DNA of 54,367 nucleotides, taken from contig JASANG010003494.1 of NCBI GenBank assembly GCA_030248215.1, positions 434,001 to 488,367 on the forward strand. The letters run 5' to 3'. This DNA comes from Enoplolaimus lenunculus (taxonomy: Eukaryota). The notes beneath the pieces are model-generated. The model was given only the letters and a program-made list of their open reading frames with translations, was not told the origin of the DNA and made no database searches. This document shows, piece by piece, positions 26,501-40,555 of the stretch. Each line of letters begins with the position of its first letter. The stretch's first letter is position 1. Made by a program: the position numbers and the translations under genes.

Positions 26501-29500
26501 CATCATGGATATTTTTGAAAATAATAGAAGTCTGCAAATAGCATCTAAGCCCATTGCATGTAAAATTATATACGTGACAACCGCATTAGCGAATGATCAC
26601 TCAACAAAATTTCGGTCCGTTACGGTCGGTCGAAATAAAAATTTACGTTACGCAATTCTGTCGAAATGAAGTAGGACTAAGCCCTTGGTTCTTGCGGCTT
26701 TTTGCGTAAAGTATACAACAACGCTGAAATTAATAGAACTGTAACCCTACGAGTGATTTAGAACCAACATATATGAACTAACCTGTATACACATCGTTCG
26801 CAATTCTGATGTTTTAATTTCACGCGCAGATGTAGCCAATGCCAACTCAATGATTGGCTGAATAAGCTGAAAATATGACAAAATAAAATTACTGCGGTAA
26901 AAAACATTCTGTTCTAATCTATATTATTACAGCTGGAACGACAACCAAACCAGCACATTTTTATGAATATAGTTTTACGTAAGCAAAGGAGGCGAGTGTT
27001 TTTACAATGAAATGTCAAATTGTTATTTGTTGCATTATTCTAAGACGTTGATGTTGCCATAATCGCCCTATCTGGTGTTCAGCTAGTCGAAACCGGACGT
27101 AAGCATGCAGTCGGCAACAACGCAAAACAAAAAATGAACGTAGCCAGGATTTTGAAAAAGGGACACGGGTTTCTTGCGTTATCAACTGAACAAGTTCGTA
27201 CAAACTCCTGTAAAAAACGTCCAAACAAGTATGGCTCGTTATCCCCAACTGCGCTTGGCTATGCCCACGTGATTGCTACTTTTTTGAATACTTATTCACT
27301 CACATTAAACCAAACAATACCTCATCAATGCGACCTTTACACTGTAGAATAATAACTTCCATCAATTTGACTGCATGGCACTCTGCGTCTTCGCCAATAC
27401 CTTGAGTGAGAACCTGAACATATAACAACCCAAATCGTCATTCATTGTCCAGTGCCGTATGACATAACTGATGAATACTTGACATTACATGTCTTTGACT
27501 AACACTCCTAAGAACTATTTTGGATAGGTGGGAAATCAAACATTGGTCTGCAAAAGGGGTACAGGGATCAAGCCAGCTAATCCGAAGTCCATACTGTTGC
27601 TAAGACGGTGCCTTTTGGAACGATCATTAACGGTTTGATAGTCGTTTGTTGATGCCGAATTCACCAATCCAAATTTTTGCGTAGGCCACTTATCTCGATG
27701 TCAAAAAATATATTCTTTCACTTTAGCAATCAGGATTTCTACATAAGCGGCCATATTAAAATAAACAATTATTACTTGTTGGCACAATTGAAGAATGTCT
27801 TTTAACCGAGAAGGAACTGACAATAACGCATCTGTATCGACAGTGATATAATTGTGCAAAGCTGGCATCATATCTACAATTTAGTGTATGAAGATTGAAG
27901 CATATAAGTTTCAAAAATATTTTATTGTTTTGCCAACAACATTGAAGCATGCAAATATCCGCCCTGTTTTCTCAAATTTATAAAAAAGCATAAGCGTCAA
28001 AATTCTTTAAGATTTTGAACGAATTGCGTAATTTTCATTCCAGCTCACACAATTGCAGCATATTTGTACGTGACGTAAAACTAATTTTGAGCATAAAATA
28101 ACGGTATTTCCCGTATTTCTGTAACAGAAACGGATACCGATTTTTACCATAAACAAATATTCGGTAACACCTTTATAACCTCTGTAATATAAACTATTTT
28201 ATTTCTCAGTGCAACATATAACAAAAATTGTTTGTTAAAAACAGCACCAAAATGCACGCAAAAGTGCGATACTAAGCTTTAAAAAACGTTCCAACGCTGC
28301 AAGACACGCGCCAATTTATTCATACGTAAAAAATTCCAGCCTTCGCAGTCTAATAAGTTCAGTAAGTCCTCATAAACTTTACATCAATATCCTTCGCCGT
28401 ATTAACGGATCTGGCTGTCTTATTCCCCATCACCGAAAATCAACTCCCTCCATTTATACACATACCAACAAAATATTCAATCACGTCATTGGACATCGTT
28501 GTACATATATTATTAAATACTTGCCACATCGGAGCTGAGATTTGTTTGCATGTTAAACTGTACACCAGGCCAAATATTTCTTCGTAATAATCTGGAAATA
28601 TCACAAAACATAAAACATGTGTTTTTGCGACAACTTATTTAGCTAAAAGAAACCGAAATTAGTTTGGAATATTCTTGAACGCAACAACGCGTAGGCGTTC
28701 TTAACTATTCACTAATATGAATACTAGAGAAAACTCTAACTTTTTAACCTATAATGGACCATACAAAAGATAGCTAAATCACGGTTTCATTCCAACAAAA
28801 AAATTTTCTAACATAGAACATTTCCATTACAAAAATAGTATACTTCCTAGAAAAAATATCCAAACATAACTTTAAACCGCTGGCCAGCCGTTGATTTTCC
28901 GCTTACCCAGAACAGAGTGTTCAATCACAGCAATGACTATGTTTCGTACAATTTCTTCTAAATGGACCATTATCTGAAACGAAACAAAAAAAATGAAAAA
29001 TCATTATAAATTCTTCCCTTCATCAGAATAAGCTTTAGCAATTCGGAACGAAAATTGCTTTCGGTTTACCCGACCGGGCGTTTATGACAAAATACGTACG
29101 TTTACTGCAATTTCGCATCTTTTTATAATAAAGCACCATGCTATAATATTCAAACCAGTTACGTATTTCTAAATAAATTATTATACAATCACAATGCCGC
29201 GCTGTTACGATATCCTACCTGAGGGTGTTCTTCCATCACATCTAAAATAGATTCCAGAGTTGCCAAAATTCCCATGATCGCCAATCCTTTGTTTTCTTCC
29301 TCACCATCGTCTTCGGAATTCACCATTTCTGTGAAAACTTGAGACTAAAAATAAAAATAACAAACAGCATAAAAACGAATACATAAATTTGAACACCTAG
29401 CCAGATGAAGTAACAGCATACACAGTGATAAAGTTTTATGTATACCAGACAAATCTCGTAACAACATCAAATGTGTGCTTTTGAAACTTTGCCACTTACT

Positions 29501-32500
29501 ACCTATTTCTATTGCTAAACGACCTTTCACCGATGAGGCTATAGGTGCGACACAAAATTTTAGAATTTTGCCAGTCATGGACATTCCAAAACTTTAGAGC
29601 ACAATATTCCATTCGAAGATAATCACTAATTAATACCAATTTAGTCGCAATATCAACTGCAACCGGAATCACATGCTGCATGTAATCTTGAATGAATTTT
29701 TGCATCACCGTACATAGCTCATCATTGTGCGTGGATGCGATAAGTTCGAGTATTTCTGAAAGTAATATACAACACTTATATATGTCAGCCAAAAAATTCC
29801 GGTCAATGAATTACTACCTATAATATATTTAATGTAGTTTTCAAGCGTTGAGTTCAAAAAACTTTTGCATCACTAAATGTTACGCATATCTTATGACTGG
29901 TTCCCATCTGACGATATAGGCTAAATACTGTTCACACTCACTCATGATCACAGGCCCAACATGAGGCTCGAGGGTTTTTGAAGCACGAGGCTGATCTGCG
30001 ACTAGTTGATGCAACGCCATTGCAGCTTCCATTTGTACAGGCAGATCAGCGTCATTACACAACAGTTTCACTGTCATACTAAGCGCTGCGACTAAATTCG
30101 CTTCATTCGAGTATGTGATTTCGGAGAATTCTCGTATACACCAACAAGCCTTCAAAATATTTACCAAATCAAGATCTGAGTCGCATAGCTCTGACTTAAG
30201 TCGAATGTTGAATTCAGTCAATTATGCCAGAAAATCGGCACAAAATTTTGAAAATGTATACAAAACTTTGGGAATATATTGAGAGGTATTGACACATCCT
30301 ACTGCGTAGTCACGACTTGAAATTAGACTCTATCTTTTACCAAATTCCAGCTGAACCATAATCAAACTTAAAGATTGTTTCCTTAGGACTCGGTTAGACA
30401 AAGCGTGTAGCGCAACTATCCAAATTTATACGAAAATCCCAAAAACACACCAACTTATCAGACCTACCCGTGCACGAAGAAATCCAAACTCATTAGAAGC
30501 CAACGGCAAAACATGCGTCACGAGCATATTTTCTAATTCGCTTTTGTAAATCTTTTTCTAAGTTAACAAATCATAATATGATTAGTACACTTTCTGCTGC
30601 AAGGGAGTGGAAGAAAATGCCCTGACAATGTGTCATATCATTTTAAAAGAATGTTTGAACAAGATTTTGGTTTGAAAATCAAAAGTTTCACAATTTAGAC
30701 AAGGCACTGCGCTTTTATTTCTTTCGGTGTTTACTAATCCAAAAACATCTTATTCCACTCATGGTTAACTCATCCTAAAGCTTTAAGGAAACCTTACTAT
30801 AAAGTGCTCCCAACTATGTCAAAGTAGCTCAACTTCGTGCAAAAGATCACCTCACCTTCATGAGCTGGGCCGAAAGTGATCCTACAGTATGAAGAGCACC
30901 GTCTTTCTGCTGTGGATTTGCATTTGGATCGTTCATCACTGTTACCACATACTGAACAGTTTTCTCCAAAATTCCTTTGCGTTTCACGGCACTACATAAC
31001 AGTCGAATCGCCGCATGAACTGGGTTAATAATTTCTTCGAATACGTCTAAAATAAATGAATGATTTTTGAGCGAAATAAGTTCAAAGTATGTTCCCTTCA
31101 CATCAAAATCTTTCAGGAAAGTTCGCTAATTAAGAAATAATTAGGAAACTTGGCCAAAGATCCAAACTCGACTATAATTTCGTGTTTTGAGAATTAAACT
31201 TGGAAACGGAGAAATCATAATTCGCCAAATGTTAAACAGCCAAATTCGGACAGAACATAAGCTGCCTTCGCTCACCATATTTTGTTCGAATAAATTCTTG
31301 GGGATCTTCGTTCCATAACTCTTGGTCTTTAGAACTGTGGCACATGAGCGGAAACAAAATCTCTTGGACAATCGCCTGAAAAAGTCGTCAATCAAAGGAA
31401 AAATACACACAGCAAGTCTTGTACGACATGGAAGTAAATTAACAGCAGAAAGCTTTTCAAATTAAAAAAACACCATCGTGGCAGTAATGCCAAGTTTCAA
31501 AGTAATTTTTGATAAAAATGGTAAATTACTGATTACTTCACTTCTTTTCGGTAAAAGTTTGTTAACTGCAAATCTCGACCACTCAACTCAACTTATATTC
31601 ATTCAAAACAAAGTAAATAGAATAATATACCATGACGTGAGGTTTGATGAATTTCCAAGAAAACGCATGATTTGTCCTAAAACCAAAAAACGATCATAAT
31701 CATAAACAATCGGTTTAGAGTAAGAACAACAGGACACAGGCACAGCGCAGACACAACAAATACAGAAAATGGTGTAAATTTTAGTAAATGAATACGACCA
31801 AGGACGCAGACACCAAGTCATATCATCAGCCAACGCATCGCTATCCTAGCGCGAAACACCAGCTTTGCCGACATGGTACGTCTGGTTGACCCACTATGTA
31901 GGTGCTTTCATACCCGGTAGGAGGTTGACTACACCTGTGACTTCCCCATGTCCTCGTGGGAGTCTTGAGATCTATGGTACGGCCGGTAACCGGAGAATCG
32001 CCGAAGTAACCCCATCGTCGCCAAAGATGATGCACTGGGGGGTAGCTGAGGACCAGTGACGGCTTTTCAAAACCTGGGTAAGTACGTTCGTGTATATATA
32101 GACGTCTCTTTCAAACTTATTTTTTAAAAATTTCAATACTTACGCCTCACACAGATACAGCAATGCTTCGTGCAGCACTCGTGGGGAAACGTATGCTCCA
32201 TTTCTCATATCTTGCAGCATATGTAATACCGTTTCGATGACAGGACCTGGTAACAAATACAAAAATATTCTCGTCAATAACAAAAACATCAATTTCCCAA
32301 CAAAACTTGATTTAAAACTTAAATATACCCTAACAGTGCAGTGTTCATACCTCAATAAATTTTCGCACTGCTGTTAATAATAGCTTGCAGTAGTGGTTTT
32401 AAGACTCACAAAAATTCAAAATCGCCTGGCCGCGCACTTGTACACTACCCCAGGGTGACACCGAATCCGAATCCGAATCCAGTGCTAATTTGCCGAATCC

Positions 32501-35500
32501 GAAACCGAATCCGAATCCTGCACGTTGCAAATTTCAGATATAACTTGTTTCAGAACATCAACGCAATGCCAGCCGTATAAATTTGAATACGTTAATATAT
32601 TTCGTCCCGACGTCAGTTCTGAGATTTCTCGCCTGAAATAAAAAATATTCATTTTTATAGCAAGGTGTTTAAAAATCAAAAAACATATTGCCGAACTTTG
32701 TTGGATTCGGCTTTTAGATTCGGCTTTTCCACAACCGAATCCGAATCTCAAATTTTTGCCGAATCCGAATCCGAACCTTTGTTGCCACCCTACACTACCC
32801 CCTCCAAATTTGAAACCTACCGGTACAATTTTTAATGTAAAACTCAGCGAACTTTGTGTATTCACTCGCGACACTGCCAGGATTTCCAAAACGTTCAAAA
32901 ATTCGATGCAGCAAATGCATTGCCCATTTTTTCGTTTTCCACCAAATCAATTGCGGGCGTTCGTCTTCGTCAATTTGAGCTGTTTCCGGTGGAACTGGAC
33001 GCGCAATGATAGAACGTGCAGCTTCCATCCACGCTTGAAAATCTTGACGACTCAGCAGAGAAACATCAAAGGAGTGCTATGAAATAATTTATTGTAACGT
33101 TTTTAAACTGATATTTGGCGACAGACATTCTTTTTATGTTTTGAAATACCTTCAAACTTAACATTATTACTGTTTCAACACAGTTTCTAGATCACTAAGT
33201 ATTGCGCCTGTACTTCGAGAATTAAGACTATAATACTATACTAGTTTTAATGTTATGTCAATGAAAAACACACTGGAATAATTCATATTAAAGAACAAAA
33301 TAAAGAACACGAAAAGTTTTTTCGAAATACAAAACAATATAATGGTTTTCGAGGTATTTCATAGTACTTTTGCTTTTGCTAAGTGCTACAGCACGATGAT
33401 GATAAATACCCATATGCCATAGCCATAAATCCGAACCAGTTTTATATAATACCTGCACCAACGTAAAAAATGTTTTTATAATCAGTTTTTGTATCAGCAC
33501 AATTTCGGCAGTTTGTGCTTCCGCGGCTAACGCTTGATTCAACCGTCCGTATAACACTGGCAAACAATGACGCATTGCTTCAACGACTGGTTTTCGGTCT
33601 TCTGGTTTTTTATACCTCAAGTATCAGAACTGGCAAAGTAATAGCGTTTATCTAGAGCATATTAATATTTTAAAATGACGTTGATGTAATACAGAAAATA
33701 CAGAGAGTGTCTTACAGGGTCGATCAGATATCCAGTTCCTGTTTAATATCCGGCAAAAAATCGACATCCATGTCCCGTTCCGATATCCCGTCCGGTAAAA
33801 TTAATATCCTCTCGATCCCTGGTCCCTTGGGATCGAAAAGTCGCATCAGCGCTAGCCAATTAACTCAGTTAAATTCTCATTTATCAAATTAACTTAATTT
33901 ATTCGAAAGTAACAGCCAGAGCAACACAAGTTTCATCATAGCAAGCAAAACTTCTTAGATGAATATATTCTTCGATGTATCACGCTGTCCGATTTTCTCA
34001 AATGAAACAGTATGTGGCTCAGTATTATTTAATAGCCCAACCTGAAATGCAACCAATGCTAGAATGCGTATATATTGATAGCTACTTCTACTGAAGTACG
34101 TATGTAGACAACGATATACGTAGCTGCAACTAAACAGACATACACATGACTACTCAAAAACAAAAAGATTTATTTTACCAGAGCCCATATTTCGGAGGTT
34201 ATATATAACAAAAATGTTTGATGAGAAATAAGTAGCGGTCTAAGCAGTAGGAAACCTGCGTTTTTCTCCTTAGAGAACCTTCAACGTCCCGTCAGTAGAT
34301 AGCACTGTAGAGTAAAACGCCCAAAACAAATCAATGCTAATGCCACCCGACCAAAACTACACCCCAACCCCTAAACATAGCTAACAACAATATACTTATT
34401 ACTCGTAATTTTGCACCAGCCGATGAAGTACCATCAAAGCGCCTGACCACAGTTGACCCGTTGAGCAGTTAAGTTGGATGGCCATTTCGTCTGACGCCGA
34501 CAAGTAATTGATCAACAATTCTACTACACTGGGCCATCGGCCAGGAAAATCAGCCCTTAGAATATATCTGACAATCACCGACAGTTGAGCCCTGTAATGT
34601 ACTAGAATTTAAACTATCACAACTACACATGAGTTACTGTAAATTCAGAACGCACTGTAAACAACTGCATCGATTCAGGTCTAATAAAATTCGTTATTTC
34701 ATTAAATGCATATTGTATGTTCATTTCAGTTTTAGATATAGCCCTCAGCCATATACAGAAAATTCTTCCCACATTCTTTCTAGCGGCCAGTGGCGGACGC
34801 AGTAAATTTTGGCAAGGGGTGACATATAGAACACTAATAAATTCACAAGCAAAACTAGAAATCTATCGCGAACATTGTGCTAAATCTTAATGCAAAATTT
34901 TAGTTATGATCCCTGTTGAGCACTAGGCATAGATGGCTTCGCTTGCATCCGCCAGTGCTAGTAGCATATTGAGTAAATCGTTACCTTATAACGTCAGGTG
35001 CCCGTACAATAACCGATATAATAGACTCTCGGAGCAACTGTCTGTCTTGTTCATGAATAGTGAACAACTGCTGTTGTTGCTGTTGTGATTCAGGATCCGA
35101 CCCACTATTTGTGTTAGTATTGTGTTTCGCCGCTGACGTTGCTTCATCCCAGTGCAGCATGACTAGGTTTTTAAGGTAAATAACGCCTGAAAATGATAAT
35201 TTACTACGTACAACATATAGCCAAATTTCAAACATTAAGTTATGCTTCAAATGTTCTGCTACACGAAATTTCCTCGACCACACATATTTGGGTCGTTCCG
35301 CATTCGGGAATCTCGAGAGGCACCTATGAAAAATGCCGCTACTAGAGATATATCGTTATATGGCGGCAAATGCCGTACGTATGTATTAAAAATAGTTGAT
35401 TACCAATTTGATTTCCATTTCCAACTTAGAGGTTGGTAAATATTGGTGCATATTCAAGTGTTCGAAGGTTACGAACAGTTTGTCTTCAAATAGCGATAGC

Positions 35501-37132
35501 AGGGTTCCAACAACAGGAGTTAAATTTCGCATGAAGCAGAACAAGAACATAAATTCATTTTTAACGTATCAGAAACCAGAAAAGAATTACAAATAAACTG
35601 CGTCATCAAATTACTGCTAATTGACTATAATTTAAATATATGATGCTCCTCAACTTTTTTGCGTGTCCTAACCCAGTGTTCCTAATTCTATAAAAACATG
35701 AATGTAAAATTTAATTGTTATATATAACTATATATAATACGTTTGCATTTTCTAACTCATTCTAAGAGTGGTGCTATACTTTTGATTACGTCCGGCGCCG
35801 CATGTCTCACTGCTCTGCACCATGCCACAACACAACGTACGTGTATTGATTCATCACACGTTAAATGAATTTGTAAACAAAAACTTTGTTGACGTGCGGC
35901 GCCGTCTCGCGCCGGACAGCGTTGCATAACGAGTACAGCTCCACCTTGCGCCTGTTTTTTAGTTGCTTAACAATCCAACAGATGCACAAGCCTAATTATA
36001 TCTAACATCCCACTAAAGTAGTTTTAAATACAGACGAAAATATTTATCATTAATATCAGTAATACGAGACGACGTGCATCGATGCATGTTACACACCGGC
36101 TTCTCAGGTAAACATACCAGCTTGACGAACAGGCATTTCACAATCCGCGGAATCAACGATGCGCAACAAAACGGGGCAGAAGCTTATTATTTTCTGCATC
36201 TAAAACGTGCAAAAAAGAGCCTTGAAACTACTTAAGTTCGTGAATAATTATCTCTCCAGACATTTGGAATCCTATATATGACATGTTTCAAGCCAAAGCT
36301 CTCAAACTAGCTTCTGAGCAGGCTCTGAAAATCTTTCGTGCTTTCCACTACTAACGCCATGTCTTTGACCTACTGCGAATGGCTTGCTAATTTTCTGTCC
36401 GTCCGAAAAGAATCTCAGAAACTGCTGAACCGATTTTGATAAACTTTTTTTTGTTTGAAAGCTTATTATCCTGGGATGTTAACCTCGCATTGGGGTTTTA
36501 AATCTTGAGCCGTTTATTAGCTACAGGCTAATTTGCATAATTGGTTAAGCCTTGGCACATTAGTTTTGCCAATAACCTAAATTGAGACTTTTTAAATTAT
36601 TTCAAGGAGTATGGTTACTGAAGGGTTTATGGATGCGAGCAATCTGAATAAATTGTTTATATATACACTTCCAAAACACATAATTGAATAGTTACGTAAC
36701 TAATTGCTAATTTGCATATTAGCTTGATTAACTAAGCCTAAATTAGGACTTTTTAAATTATTTCACTGATGATTAGCATTACAAGCAATCGAATTCAGTA
36801 CTAAAGAACTTTCGGGTGCGAGAAATCTAAATAAATTGCTTATAACCTTCAAAACCGATCAATGAATAGTTAGGTGATAACTAAGTTGCATATTAGATTT
36901 ATTGGCATCCGTTTGCTCTTTATAAGTTTGGAATGTTTAACAAGACTGATTAAAAAGTAAGTATGTCCGAGGTTCGCTCAATACATACGACTGGTATATA
37001 CAATCCGCAAGGGTAAACTAATGGCGTTCGTGTTTAAGTATGACTTACTTCGTTTAGCGTTTGAGATGCAGCTTCTTGCTTAGATGGATCAATCGTGTCT
37101 CTTAGAGCTGCTACCACTTTTCCAAACTCCAT
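23571..37132 (-). CDS. IPO7: Importin-7 (karyopherin-beta, IPO7/Moleskin family), 26 exons: 37132-37049, 36199-36118, 35186-34985, 34591-34403, 33615-33453, 33076-32821, 32246-32144, 31676-31631, 31375-31276, 31046-30856, 30557-30468, 30149-29942, 29755-29637, 29344-29219, 28973-28907, 28591-28466, 27873-27776, 27413-27321, 26866-26783, 26442-26303, 25741-25593, 25343-25254, 24983-24913, 24581-24425, 24124-24011, 23665-23571
   Basis: Spliced translation has IPO7/8 hallmarks: [115 protein letters not shown], an acidic loop and C-terminal [13 protein letters not shown]...FNFG. All junctions are GT-AG. Confidence 0.93.
32451..32792. mobile_element. hAT-like MITE with (GAATCC)n subterminal repeats, 8-bp TSD CACTACCC, in an IPO7 intron
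   Basis: cagggtgac...gccacccta termini; cactaccc at 32443-32450 and 32793-32800. Confidence 0.8.
36380..37025. mobile_element. Possible Helitron/DINE-1-like non-autonomous element in IPO7 intron 1
   Basis: ctgtccgtcc followed by gaaccgattttgataaa motif; internal imperfect duplications (cctaaatt..gactttttaaattatttca twice). Confidence 0.35.
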
Positions 37133-38137
37133 TGTGAACCCCTGACGACGCGAAATAAGACAAGCAAAAATATATAATTAAATATTCGTGTTTACGTATA
37201 TTTAACTTATTTATACTCACGTTTTTATGCTTGTAAAGCACTGATAATAAATACAATTTATTAGAATAATATTTTTCAACTCAAGGAAACAATTTAGCAT
37301 AGTTCCGAACCTTTTGATTGGCTTAATCACATCTCGGAGACAGTAAAGTATGTATTAGCCATCTGCATAACCGCCAATTAAGAGTGTCACATAAATGTTC
37401 CTCTAAACTATATTAAGTATGTAGAGCAGGTCACCAGGTGGCGAGTGTGCTGGAATGTGTACGCAAGACAACTGCACTGGCTACCAAAAGTACAGCTCTG
37501 GAAGTGGCATGTTGCTATTGTAATTGTAAGCGTAAAATATACGTACGCATCTGTATGTATGCTTGACAGCAACATATCGCGGACATACATAGTCGACGAT
37601 GAAAATAATTGGTTAGACAGTCGGGCTCCTTGTCCTAGCGGTAGAGCGCTCCCCTTTGCCTGAGCGCGTAACTTTGAAGAAACTTTGCGCAAAATTTTTG
37701 TAAGCTTTTAAATTGTGTTTAAAATCGGGAAAACGAATCTGACTGGTTAACCATACCGTGTTCTCAGACTCTGGCGGCAAGGAACGCCCAGACTCATTTC
37801 TCAGAAAAATTTGAGGAATGCATTTTAAATTTGGAAAATTTAGCGTGCTTTTATTAAATTTGAGGAAGGTTTTCCAAATTGAAGAGGTGGCCGATGACCA
37901 CAAAGCTTATGTTAAACCACTTGACCAATCGCTTACCAAAATCATTTACAGAGGTAAACTGATAGAAAAGCATCACGAACGAGATTCAAGATAAAAAGTT
38001 TAGTACAAAGACATTGTTTTACATTGTCTTTGAAACAGCTACGTACTATAACTACATACCCCGTCAGATATGTGATAAGTTGGGTAGGCAGGGTAAGACG
38101 GTTATTTGATTCTGAGTGCTTAGCAGCTGAAAATGAA

Positions 38138-38210
38138 GGCCGTTCTCAGGAGGCTTCGAACTCGGTCGATAGATTACCACTCCAGCACGCTAGCCACTGA
38201 GCCACGCCAA
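38138..38210 (-). other. tRNA-derived SINE-like or pseudo-tRNA head
   Basis: Minus strand TGGCTCAGTGG (box A) and GAGTTCGAAGCC (box B); no complete cloverleaf seen. Confidence 0.4.
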
Positions 38211-38379
38211 CTCTCAATCAACTCCTGAGTTTTTCTGATTTTATGCCTTATAATAACCTCAACATTATACACATGCATCTTGGTTCTTCCATGTTTTTAC
38301 CGCTGCTGCATATGAGGGCACAACATATGCAGCAGTGATTTAGGAACATTTGCCCAAGCCTGTGCGCCTATATAACGCA

Positions 38380-38888
38380 CTAACCACTAAGAATGAGCAA
38401 ATCAAATTTTGCATACATCACTAGGACTGATAATACTCCGTACGTACAAACTTTCAAGCCGCAGTCGCTCATTGGGGGTCTGTGCCACCCTCCAAATTTT
38501 TTTAAAAAAGAAGCCTAAGCCTAAGCCTTCGTTCAACATGCACGCGATGTTTACAAATTTGATGAAACTGGTTAAAGAAGCAAGAATGAAGATGATATAA
38601 AGGTATTATATAGCAAATAACAACATGTCGTTCTATTTTTCAAAAGTTTGGAGGGCAAAGGCTTCGACAACAGTGCCCAATAACATGTCGTTCTTTTTTT
38701 CAAAAGCTTGGAGGGCGGCACAGGCTTCGACAAAAGTGCTTATTAGGGCACTGTTGTCGAAGCCTGTGCCATCAGCCTTCTGTCACAGACCCCCAATGAG
38801 CGACTGCGGCTTGAAAGTTTGTACGTACGGATTATTATCAATCCTAGTGATGTATGCAAAATTTGATTTGCTAAATGTTAGTGGTTAG
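38380..38888. mobile_element. Foldback/MITE with ~105-bp TIRs
   Basis: 38380-38484 (ctaaccactaa...gggggtctgtg) is the near reverse complement of 38784-38888. Confidence 0.85.
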
Positions 38889-40555
38889 ATCAATCCTCGC
38901 CAGCGAAGCAAATAAGAAGGCAATCGTGTATTTCCCGTAAATTCCAGTACAAAATATTATGTGGGCCCGTCCTATATTTCCATGTAAATCTTAAATTCCA
39001 TGTTTATTAAATCAAATCAAAACAATCAAATTCCGTTTTCCCTGTAGCGCGGGCATCCTTCTAATTGCCAGATTTAATATTCTTCAGATGCCTTTCAACT
39101 TCAACTAAATATCACAGGAGTTTACAAAATCAAACCGCGATTTTTATGTTGACTTTTTATCATTTCGCAGTTCTCGTTGTGCAATAAACTTACCGACATT
39201 ACTAGCTTTGTCATTTAAAGCATTAATTGAACATAGGCTGGCAGCAGAGACATGACTCCAGTTTGATTCTATCTCTAAGTCAATTATTTTACTTTACTTA
39301 AATTCTGTAGTTTTGTCACAAGTTGAAACTATTAAGCAAGCAAATTTGGCAAAAACAATCAGTAAAACTTGTGTACTCTACGCGTATTGTGAGCTGCTTG
39401 TGGCAACTAATACCAATGAGACAGTTAATACCTCCTGGAGCTGTTCATTTATCAAAAAAGGCACCCTCAATGGCAAGTCTCTTGTGTGAATATACGGTTT
39501 TTATGGAAAGCCTTGTAAAGTGCATTGACTAGTGATGGGAGCTGCTTGTTGACTTGGGAATCGATCACGCAACAATATGAACGGAGCAACTGAAATACCA
39601 CAATGCTGTAACTCATCAAAGTATCTGAATACAACTGAAAAGACAGACCAGAGGAAACTAGGATATGTAGGGGCAACATATACGGTTAATATCTAGTTCT
39701 TGCGGTGGCAAAACCAAATTTTACCATTATATTCCAATATTTAGTGTTTAGTTGTCTGTCATATGTTTGACGAATCACGGTTTAATTTTCTTTAGATGTG
39801 CTCAGAGACATAACCACGCTGTAGAACAATAGTGGGTTTTCTAGCGCTTCAACTATCCATTAAACTTTTTGCAGCTTTACAAAAGATAGGGACAGCATAG
39901 GCGCTGAATGAAAAACCTTCGCTCTTGTGGTAGACATGAGCCACGACCTGGTCGTTTAGCCAAAATCCAAAGCTTAAACTTAAGTTGCCAGAATAAAAAT
40001 GCGCTCTTGAACAATAAAAACACTTTCAAAATATGGAAGTGACAAAAAATTGCAATCGAACGGAAAAAATTCGTCCGGTATACGACTTCTGACATTTGCA
40101 CTGTCTTTTGTTTAGCCGCAAGCAATTTGAAATAGCGCTGACGATTCATATGCAATGCGCCAGCGCAATCAGCGTATAGCACAACGAAAGTGAACTGAGA
40201 TCACTTCCGCTGTCTGTTAAAAATTGGTCAAAGGGGTTTGCGGTCCTGCTACAACGCTTATTCTAACGCCGGTCGCGCTAATATCGAAGTAGAGAAGTTT
40301 CCCGATCGCTTATAATTTGAATTAATACACAATCGACAAGGCTGCTTTCACCCTGTCGATATTTTACTTCCGCTTTTTTTATCAATGTTAATCTGTTATC
40401 CGTGTATAACAATAATTGTTCCCGCAGAAGTTTTAAATTGTAGTCATTTGAAATTTTGAAAAATGTTCAGCTGAAAGAATACAAATTTGGCTTTATTGTG
40501 TTTTTCTGTTATGAAACCAAAGTTTTTAAAACACCTTTTTCATAGTTCATCAACC

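Noticed and set aside
31800..32095. Intronic telomerase RNA, U1 snRNA or RNase P RNA
   Set aside because: No GCCUAA-type template on the host strand. The U1-like 5' end lacks the U1-70K/U1A loops and an Sm site. No matching P4 strands for RNase P.
33862..33942. C/D-box-like pair (ATGATGA...CTGA) on the - strand in IPO7 intron 4
   Set aside because: AT-rich interior, no terminal stem and no recognisable rRNA guide; such a pair is expected by chance.
37615..37953. Two possible + strand exons (...LCAKF|FVLLLNLRKVFQIEEVADDHKAYVKPLDQSLTKIIYR) divergent from IPO7
   Set aside because: The splice signals are plausible, but no start, continuation or recognisable domain could be established.
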